DNA from: an uncultured Thermoplasmata archaeon
GTDB taxonomy: Archaea > Thermoplasmatota > Thermoplasmata > Lutacidiplasmatales > UBA184
Assembly: GCA_963838955.1 (NCBI GenBank)
Contig: CAWISZ010000004.1
Coordinates: forward strand, 401,979 to 465,978
Length of the DNA stretch: 64,000 nucleotides
Direction of reading: 5' to 3'
The stretch's first letter is position 1, and each line of letters starts with the position of its first letter. A program made the translations under genes and the position numbers. Shown in pieces: positions 57,668 to 64,000 of the stretch. The notes below the pieces were generated by a model. It did no database searches. It was given only the letters and a program-made list of their open reading frames with translations, and was not told the origin of the DNA.

Positions 57668-58819
57668 ATGCCGGCGCCCTCCTCGGCGAGCGTGGAAGAG
57701 GACGAGAACTCCGAAGAGCGCACGCGAGAACGTGCGGTCGTCGAGCGTCTCGGCACTGGCGTGGAGCCGGACGGGTTCGTCCCGTTCGATCGCTTCATGG
57801 AGATCGCGCTCTACGCTCCCGGGATCGGGTACTACACGGGACCACGCAGTCCGCTCGGACCCTCGGGCGATTTCTACACCGCCCCCCACGTCCATCCGTT
57901 CTTCTCGCAGGCGCTGGCACAGCGGGTGCGGGAGGTCCGCGATCGAATCCCGGACGGGATCCCCTTCCGCGTCGTGGAATTGGGGCCGGGAGACGGCACG
58001 CTCGCCGCCGGAGTTGTCGAGGAGCTTGGCCGTGAGCCGAACGGCGGCCGCCGGTATTCCTACGTACTCGTCGAACGCCCGGAATCCCTCCGAGGGGCCG
58101 CGCTCGAACTCGCGCGGACGGCGGGGGTCCGCGCGGGTCTTCCCGTCTCGATCGGCGAGTCCCTCGGAGACGCGGGACCGTTCGTCGGTGTCGTGATCGC
58201 GCACGAGGTAATGGACGCGCAGCCGGTGCGGCGCCTGGTCTATCGGAACACCGACTGGCGCGAGCTCGGCGTCCGCCGCGTGGGGGAGCGCCTGGTCGCG
58301 GCGGAGTCCGACGCGTCTCGGCCGCTTCCTCGAGATCCCCCGACCAACCCCGCGGAGGGCGAGGTCTGGGAGAGCGCGATCGGAAGGACCGCCATCCTTC
58401 GGGCGATCTCCGACCACCTCGCGGGCGGCGTCGCGATCCTCATCGATTACGGCATGAGCGGCCCGGAGCTGCGGTCCGCCCACCCCACCGGAACCCTGGC
58501 GGCGATCCGTCGCCACCGCCCCGTGGATGAGCCGTGGTCGCATCCGGGTCGCGCGGATCTGAGCTGCTTCGTCGATTTCACTCGCGTGCGTTCCGAGGCC
58601 GCCCGGTTCGGTCTGCGGGAGCTGGCGTACACCTCCCAGGCCGAGGCTCTCGGTCGATGGGGGTTCCAGGACCTGCTGCGGCGAGCCCTGGAAACCGCAC
58701 CCTCCTCCGAGGCCCGGGTCAGGGTCCAGCTCGCGGCAAAGAGCCTGTTGTTCGGGTTCGAACGGTTCCAGGTCCTCGAACTCGCGCCCTCGCGGGACGC
58801 GGGGTTCGAAACTAGGTGA
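57668..58819 (+). CDS. Class I SAM-dependent methyltransferase, MidA/NDUFAF7-like (DUF185)
   Basis: FVPFDRFMEIALYAPGIGYY, GDFYTAPHVHPFFSQALA and ELGPGDGTLA resemble the NDUFAF7 family. Confidence 0.55.
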   Translation: MPAPSSASVEEDENSEERTRERAVVERLGTGVEPDGFVPFDRFMEIALYAPGIGYYTGPRSPLGPSGDFYTAPHVHPFFSQALAQRVREVRDRIPDGIPFRVVELGPGDGTLAAGVVEELGREPNGGRRYSYVLVERPESLRGAALELARTAGVRAGLPVSIGESLGDAGPFVGVVIAHEVMDAQPVRRLVYRNTDWRELGVRRVGERLVAAESDASRPLPRDPPTNPAEGEVWESAIGRTAILRAISDHLAGGVAILIDYGMSGPELRSAHPTGTLAAIRRHRPVDEPWSHPGRADLSCFVDFTRVRSEAARFGLRELAYTSQAEALGRWGFQDLLRRALETAPSSEARVRVQLAAKSLLFGFERFQVLELAPSRDAGFETR

Positions 58820-59486
58820 CGGTCTTGGACGGACCCGCCGCGACCCGCTCGGCGATCCGTGCGTCGATCAGGAGCTGGGCCGCCTCTCCCGGCAGCGAGA
58901 GCACGTCTTCGCGTCGCAGCTCGACCGTCTCCGAACCGACGGTGATCGGGCGACCGTCCTTGACGATCCGAACGTAGACGAGAGGCGGGGAGGCGCCGGC
59001 CGGCGCACGACCCCGCGACGGTTGGACCGCGGCGGTCGCGCCCTGCTCGGGCACCCCGGTCACCGAGACCGGTACCGCCTCTGGGTGCTCCGCCGGATGG
59101 CTCGGGACGAGATATGGGGCGACCGCGTGCCGATGAGAGGCGAGCGTGGAAACGAGGCGGTCCATGAGTTCGCGCTCCTCGGGCAGGGTGTTAGGAATGT
59201 CCCGGGGGCCTCCTACGCTGGCGTGGAGGGCGCTTCCGACCAGTTTAGCCATCCGTCCCTCTACGATGTCCCGGGAGAGGCTGCTGGCCCTCTGGTAGGT
59301 CTGTCGAGCGAGCTCACCCTTGCGGTCCGAGGGGTTCTCCCGTAGCTCGGCCTCGTAGGAGCGGCGCAGCTCGGCGAGATAGCTCGCCGTGACCGAGTAG
59401 AAGTTGTGGGGAAGCTTGGCCAGCCCCCCGCGGGAGGCATTCTCGTTCCTTCGCCACTCTAGAAGTTGGCCGTACTGGTCGGGCAT
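58812..59486 (-). CDS. GINS complex subunit (Gins15/Gins51-like)
   Basis: A-domain LLEWRRNE...LAKLPHNFYSVTASYLAELRR and B-domain VYVRIVKDGRPITVGSETVELRREDVLSLPGEAAQLLI. Confidence 0.5.
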   Translation of the reverse strand: MPDQYGQLLEWRRNENASRGGLAKLPHNFYSVTASYLAELRRSYEAELRENPSDRKGELARQTYQRASSLSRDIVEGRMAKLVGSALHASVGGPRDIPNTLPEERELMDRLVSTLASHRHAVAPYLVPSHPAEHPEAVPVSVTGVPEQGATAAVQPSRGRAPAGASPPLVYVRIVKDGRPITVGSETVELRREDVLSLPGEAAQLLIDARIAERVAAGPSKTVT

Positions 59487-59527
59487 CGCCGTGGGAACCC
59501 TCCGATGAGGGACCGAGGCTATAGGAG

Positions 59528-60013
59528 TTGCGGCGTCTACGGCCGGAGCGACCGATGCACGGGGGGGAGGACTCCGACCAGGTCTTCGAGGAATTCCTCG
59601 AGCTGTGGCGCCGTCTCTACCGGGCGAACCGCGATGACGCCGCCGTGGTCCTCGTGGAGGGGGAACGCGATCGCCGGGCCCTGGCCCGTCTCGGCCTGGA
59701 GGGGGTTATCGAGCTCGTTCATCGCGGGAGGACCCTCGCCGAAACCTCCCAGCAGCTCGTCCAGCGCCACCGGACGGTCATCCTGCTTACCGACTGGGAT
59801 CCGGAAGGGGGGAACCTCGCCCGCCGCCTCCGGGCCCTCCTGCAGGTCGGGGGAGTCACGCTCGACCTCGAGTATCGGCGGCGTCTCGCCCGGATCCTGC
59901 GCGGGGAGGTCGTGCATGTGGAGGGACTTTACGGATGGGCCCGGCGGATGGCCGAGCGCCGGGGGGCCACGATCGCCGAGACCTTGGAGCGGCTACACGC
60001 GGACGCGGCCTAG
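59528..60013 (+). CDS. Small Toprim-domain protein
   Basis: Toprim acidic motifs VLVEGERD and ILLTDWDPEG. The TAG stop lies inside the left copy of the IS target-site duplication. Confidence 0.55.
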   Translation: MRRLRPERPMHGGEDSDQVFEEFLELWRRLYRANRDDAAVVLVEGERDRRALARLGLEGVIELVHRGRTLAETSQQLVQRHRTVILLTDWDPEGGNLARRLRALLQVGGVTLDLEYRRRLARILRGEVVHVEGLYGWARRMAERRGATIAETLERLHADAA

Positions 60014-60014
60014 G
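60009..60014. repeat. Target-site duplication CCTAGG (left copy)
   Basis: Identical 6-mer at 61042-61047. Both copies directly abut the TGT...ACA ends of the IS element. Confidence 0.7.
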
Positions 60015-61041
60015 TGTAGTGTAGCAAGACATCCTGCCGCCTGAATTGTCAACACATATTGCCGCCCCCGGGAGGGGTGGCTTTGGTCAAAGAGGACGTT
60101 CGTCTCCGACTACAGGCGGTCAAACAGCATCTCGAGAAGGGGATCCGGTCCCGAGACATCTGCAAGCTCTTCGGGATCTCGGAGAGGACTCTGAGGTACT
60201 GGTGTCGAAACTACCGAGAGGAAGGCGTCGAGGGGCTACGGGACGAGTCGCGCCGTCCTCGCCGTAGCCCCAGGCGGATCCACGGTAACCTCGCGAATCG
60301 CATCCTCCAACTGAGGCGGAATCATCCGGCTTGGGGCGCTCTCCGCATCCATGCCCTCCTCACGCGGAGAGGCGTTCGGGTGAGTTCGAGCACGGTCCAC
60401 CGCCTCCTGAAGAGACACGGCTTCCTGGTTCGGATCGTCAAGAAGCCCAAGCCGTTCAAGCGATTCCAGCGACACCACGTCGACTCCCTCTGGCAGGTGG
60501 ATGTCTACGAGTTCCGTATCGCAGGGGTCAGGGGGAAGGTCTACGTCCACACGATCCTGGACGACCGCTCCCGCTTCCTGGTGATGGCACGGGCCTATCG
60601 GAGGGAGCGAACGCGAGAGGCGACCAACAACCTCTGGTGGGCGTTCAAGAGCGGGAGAACACCCAGGGCGATCTACGTCGACAACGGGAGCTGCTTCATC
60701 TCGGGTGAGTTCCGGCGATTCTGCCAGGAGCACCACATTCAGGTGATCTACGGGAGGCCGTACAACCCTCGGGGCCGAGGGAAGCTCGAGAGGTTCCACG
60801 GGATCCTGACCCAGGAGCTCGTCGGTCGGGTGAACTTCCGCTCTCTCGGAGACTTCCGGCGCCACCTGTACCACTGGAGACGGAAATACAATCGGAGCCG
60901 CATCCACGGAGGGATCGGCTGGAAGACGCCCGCTGAGGTCTACAATGACCGAAAGTTGATGAGCCGGGTCCGGATCAGGAGGCTCTGAGGGCGGCAATAT
61001 CTCCTGACAAGTCCAGCGGCAACATGTCCTGACACACTACA
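60015..61041 (+). mobile_element. IS481-family insertion sequence (1027 bp) with about 53-bp imperfect terminal inverted repeats
   Basis: Ends are TGTAGTG...CACTACA. The IRs match at about 41 of 53 positions. Single transposase ORF with HTH and DDE (rve) domain. The 6-bp TSD fits the NCTAGN target preference of IS481. Confidence 0.75.
60059..60988 (+). CDS. IS481-family DDE transposase (integrase core domain)
   Basis: N-terminal HTH. rve-fold residues around WQVDVYEF, IYVDNGSCFIS and KLERFHG. Confidence 0.8.
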   Translation: MPPPGGVALVKEDVRLRLQAVKQHLEKGIRSRDICKLFGISERTLRYWCRNYREEGVEGLRDESRRPRRSPRRIHGNLANRILQLRRNHPAWGALRIHALLTRRGVRVSSSTVHRLLKRHGFLVRIVKKPKPFKRFQRHHVDSLWQVDVYEFRIAGVRGKVYVHTILDDRSRFLVMARAYRRERTREATNNLWWAFKSGRTPRAIYVDNGSCFISGEFRRFCQEHHIQVIYGRPYNPRGRGKLERFHGILTQELVGRVNFRSLGDFRRHLYHWRRKYNRSRIHGGIGWKTPAEVYNDRKLMSRVRIRRL

Positions 61042-61047
61042 CCTAGG
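61042..61047. repeat. Target-site duplication CCTAGG (right copy); contains the rpl15e stop codon
   Basis: Direct repeat of 60009-60014. The minus-strand TAG of rpl15e is 61043-61045. Confidence 0.7.
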
Positions 61048-61657
61048 GAATCACTTTGGTCTGGGTTCGGCGGGTTTCCCGGCGGTTGCGCGTGCGCGAC
61101 GGGCGCATGCGTTCCGCACCCTTGCCCTTCCAGCGGAGCCCGCGGGTCTCGCGGCCGGCGCTGGTCAGACCGCGGTAGACCCGGCCCTTCTGAGTGGAAG
61201 CCGACATCCACTCGGTCTTCGGGTCGGCGATGACCGACGGGTGATGGACATCCACGAGGATGACTTCGAAGAACTTCTCCTTTCCATCCTCCCCGACCCA
61301 GTACGAGTTCAGAACTTCCAGGTTCGGGTAGTGCTTCTGCGCGCGCTCCTCGGCGATGCGCTTCAGGCTCTTCGCGAGAGTCATCCGAAGGATACCCTTG
61401 CGTTTCGGACGTCGCCCAGCGATGATCGCCCGGTGGCGCTGGCCGCCCCGGCGGACGCGCACGCGGACGACAATGAATCCTTCCTTCGCCCGATATCCGA
61501 CGGCGCGTGCCCGATCCAACCGGACAGGGTGCTCCACGCGCGTGACGGTGTTCTCGCGCCGCCAGGTCAACAGGCGCTCGTGACGAAGGGCCGCCCCCTC
61601 GTCGCCCAGGGTAGCCCGGAACGAGCGACCCATATAGCTGTACGCCGACTCCGTCAT
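61043..61657 (-). CDS. rpl15e: 50S ribosomal protein L15e
   Basis: MTESAYSYMGRSF... with full-length L15e similarity from the internal Met. TATA-like element (rc of 61693-61701) about 35 nt upstream. Confidence 0.85.
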   Translation of the reverse strand: MTESAYSYMGRSFRATLGDEGAALRHERLLTWRRENTVTRVEHPVRLDRARAVGYRAKEGFIVVRVRVRRGGQRHRAIIAGRRPKRKGILRMTLAKSLKRIAEERAQKHYPNLEVLNSYWVGEDGKEKFFEVILVDVHHPSVIADPKTEWMSASTQKGRVYRGLTSAGRETRGLRWKGKGAERMRPSRTRNRRETRRTQTKVIP

Positions 61658-61958
61658 GATGGAAGCGCGCGGCCCACCCGCGCCCCGACTATAAAGGTGC
61701 CGTCCCCGGGGGTCGGCCCATCGATCACCGTCACGTAGAGGTGGGTCGAATCGTCCCCGATCACACTGAGTCGGAGACCCGCTCCGCACGGCGCGGTAAG
61801 GTCCGTTCGGCCAGAGACATCGAGGCGAGTGCCACGCAATGATGCAGGCCTGAACCGGCTGGGCTTTTGCCTGAGAGGGTCTGACGCGAGACCCTCTCCG
61901 GCGTTGGGAAAGGGTTCGGGCAGCTCGTCCTCGGACGAGCGCGTTACAAGCGGTCGGT

Positions 61959-64000
61959 TCAGGTTACCGCCAGCAGCACGAGCTGACTCACGTAGGTCAC
62001 ATCCACCGTGCCGCTCGATGGGGAGATCGAGCTTCCCGGGGCGCTCGCAGTGTACGAGTACGATCCCGGACTGACGTAGAACAGCACGAAGGAGCCGGTG
62101 GCGGCCGTCTGCGTGACACCGTCAATCGTCACCGAGTACGATGCCCCGCTGGGGCCCCCGTACGCCAAGAAGACGATGGCGGTCGGAGGGCACGGCAAGT
62201 AGTCACCGCCCGTCGCAATGTAGCCGTACTCGTCGTAGGGGATCGCGGTTCCGGGGAAATAGTCGCCCCAGTAGTTCCCGCCCACCCACGGGAGCCCGAC
62301 GATGCTGCCCGAGAGGGAGTACCCGTTAACGATGCTGGCCTGGTCCGCCGGCACATAGCTCGGGAGGTTCCAGTTCTCGGCATTGAGCTGCGGGGACCCG
62401 TAGAAGAGATTGACGTTCTGCGAGTAGGCGGTGATCGACGTCCCGACCCAGTTGTTGTAGATCCAGTCGCCGCTCTCGAACGCCCAGATCGCGACCGGGG
62501 GTCCGTTCTGCGCACCGTCTCCCGGGTACATCGCCGGGGAAAGGACCGTGCTGTTCACGAACGTGTTACCCCAAACGACGTTGTCCGTCGGTGCGGTGGG
62601 ATCCGAGCCCGCCAGGAGGAGTGCGCTCCCCTGGCTCACGAAGGTGCTGTCCGCTACGAGATCCTGCGATCCGCCCCAGATGACCACGTTGGCGAGAGGC
62701 AGGAAGCCCGTCGGTCCGTAGTCCTCGTAGAAGAACCAGCCGGTAATCCCTTGGGCGCCCCAGATCGAAACGTGCGAAGAGTCAAAGATCTGGAACTGCA
62801 GATTGTTCGTGAACGGCAGCCCAAAGTCAGCGAGGACCGCGTCATAGCTCGACTGGTAGGTCAGTCCGAGGAGCGACGGGTTGTTGAAGCTGACGTAGGC
62901 CGTCGTATCGGCGAGCAGAACTCCCGGGAATACGATGTATAGGTAGTCGTTGAACTGCCCGAAGACCGAGTTCAAACCACCCGGGGCCTCGTTGTTCACA
63001 ATCGTATACGGGGACCCTTCGGTTCCGGAGCCTCCGGTCGAGATCGCCGCGAGCTGGCCATTGTTCCACGCGAAGAGAGGCGTGTAGACCCCTTCCGCAG
63101 AATTTGGCGTCATGGCGAAATCGAGGGTATTCTGGCCCCCAGCAGCGACAGTCGCCGTGACCTGAATCGGCGTGTAGTCGCTCATCATCGCGTTTACAGT
63201 GTACGTTCCCGGTGGGAGGACGAAATCAACGGTGCTCGCGGTTTGGGTCGGCGCCCAGGCGGCGTAGTTGGGATCGAACCCCGTTCCCGGGGTGAAGAAC
63301 ACGAACGCGTTGGACGGAGAGAGCGGGCCGGAGAACGTGGCCTGTCCTATATTTCCGCCCGGAGTCGCGCCCCATAGCGGTGCCGGGATCGAGGGGCCGA
63401 CGCCAAGCTGCACCGTTCCGGGGGAGGTGTACGTTTCAGCAATCCCTTCGGAAGTCTCCCCAGTCTCCGAGCCGACGTTCCATGCCGACGCGGGGCTCAC
63501 GTAGGAGGCGCTCGTGGCGTCCCAGTACGAGAGGCTTTCCGAGCCAGCGATTCCGTAAACCGAAGTGGTGGTCCCTCCGCCGGGCCCACCGATCATGATC
63601 TCGGCGTCATAGGGGATGAAGCCGGTCGGCGTGATCTGAGAGCCATCGACCAAGTAGGGAGCGGCGGGGACGGAGCCGATCGGCGTAGTCGAGCTGAACA
63701 GCACCGTGTCGTAGACCCCGGAGGCTTCACTCATCCCCGTACTCGCGTCGATCACGTTGTAGCCGAAGCGGACGGTTGAGTAGCCGTACCCGGTAGACGG
63801 AATGTTGGTGACGCTCGAATTCAGGTAGAGCTGGACCGTCACGGGGTAGGTGATCGCGAACGTCGGGCCGAAGTCGTAGTAGTACGCGGGGTAGACGGGA
63901 GTTCCGTTGTAGGCGTACAGAGTGCCGGGGGCGAGGTTGATGGCGGGGGACGAGAAGTTCCAAACGTTATCGAGGAACGTGATCGTTCCGGGGTAGGGGT
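61959..64000 (-). CDS. Secreted beta-helix-repeat protein (possibly thermopsin-family), 5' partial at window end
   Basis: Frame stays open to position 64000. Asn/Thr/Ser-rich with parallel beta-helix-like repeats (NNWVGTSITAYSQNVNLFYG, GNTFVNSTVL). C-terminal repeat SYSYTASAPG is shared with the S53 peptidase and the SBP-like protein. Confidence 0.45.
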   Translation of the reverse strand, partial: PYPGTITFLDNVWNFSSPAINLAPGTLYAYNGTPVYPAYYYDFGPTFAITYPVTVQLYLNSSVTNIPSTGYGYSTVRFGYNVIDASTGMSEASGVYDTVLFSSTTPIGSVPAAPYLVDGSQITPTGFIPYDAEIMIGGPGGGTTTSVYGIAGSESLSYWDATSASYVSPASAWNVGSETGETSEGIAETYTSPGTVQLGVGPSIPAPLWGATPGGNIGQATFSGPLSPSNAFVFFTPGTGFDPNYAAWAPTQTASTVDFVLPPGTYTVNAMMSDYTPIQVTATVAAGGQNTLDFAMTPNSAEGVYTPLFAWNNGQLAAISTGGSGTEGSPYTIVNNEAPGGLNSVFGQFNDYLYIVFPGVLLADTTAYVSFNNPSLLGLTYQSSYDAVLADFGLPFTNNLQFQIFDSSHVSIWGAQGITGWFFYEDYGPTGFLPLANVVIWGGSQDLVADSTFVSQGSALLLAGSDPTAPTDNVVWGNTFVNSTVLSPAMYPGDGAQNGPPVAIWAFESGDWIYNNWVGTSITAYSQNVNLFYGSPQLNAENWNLPSYVPADQASIVNGYSLSGSIVGLPWVGGNYWGDYFPGTAIPYDEYGYIATGGDYLPCPPTAIVFLAYGGPSGASYSVTIDGVTQTAATGSFVLFYVSPGSYSYTASAPGSSISPSSGTVDVTYVSQLVLLAVT

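Noticed and set aside
53817-58543. ORFs 53817..54968 (-) and 57083..58543 (-)
   Set aside because: These are antisense shadows of Nop5/fibrillarin and of the PAC2/NDUFAF7-like genes. No motifs and biased composition.
1-64000. CRISPR arrays and rRNA genes
   Set aside because: No regularly spaced direct repeats and no rRNA-like segments were seen. The only RNA gene supported is the tRNA-Glu.

Overview
This 64-kb window is a high-GC (about 65%) archaeal chromosomal segment. Several families (S53 sedolisin-like peptidase, DGGGP/GGGP synthases, CarS, DtdA, aTrm56, Nop10/Nop5/fibrillarin, EndA) point to a Thermoplasmata-like archaeon, probably acidophilic or thermophilic.

The first 40 kb is mostly metabolic and accessory genes:
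- GH15 glucoamylase (5' partial) and an ABC-2 exporter.
- A ComA-like phosphosulfolactate synthase fused to a C-terminal winged-helix domain.
- Three toxin-antitoxin modules across the window: VapBC here, plus HEPN/MNT and a RelE-like pair further on.
- Two MFS transporters, IlvE, acyl-CoA dehydrogenase, a family III CoA-transferase and orotate phosphoribosyltransferase.
- Ether-lipid genes CarS, GGGPS and DGGGPS.
- M20 and M16 peptidases.
- A large secreted S53 peptidase and an SBP5-like surface protein that share Ig-like repeats and a C-terminal TM anchor.
- Methyltransferases, a Fes-like esterase and OsmC.

At 39.7 kb there is one tRNA-Glu(CUC) on the minus strand with a 30-nt non-canonical intron in the T-arm. 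The tRNA splicing endonuclease EndA is encoded about 20 kb away in the same window.

The second half is an archaeal information-processing block: aIF5A, PduO-type adenosyltransferase, YchF-like GTPase, mevalonate kinase, aTrm56, Nop10, aIF2-alpha, S27e, L44e, L1, P0, P1, PurF, Nop5, fibrillarin, DRG GTPase, proteasome assembly chaperone, GINS, Toprim protein, L15e. An IS481-family insertion sequence with a 6-bp CCTAGG target-site duplication sits exactly on the convergent stop codons of the Toprim gene and rpl15e. The window ends inside a secreted beta-helix protein.

Several conserved genes carry single-base frameshifts, at least one at a homopolymer: rpl1, dtdA, the S53 peptidase, the Fes-like esterase and an MFS gene. 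The PduO-type gene has no in-frame canonical start. Assembly indel errors are the most likely cause; genuine pseudogenes or programmed frameshifts are less likely. No rRNA or CRISPR array was found. Gene starts derived by hand, and GTG starts, are approximate.
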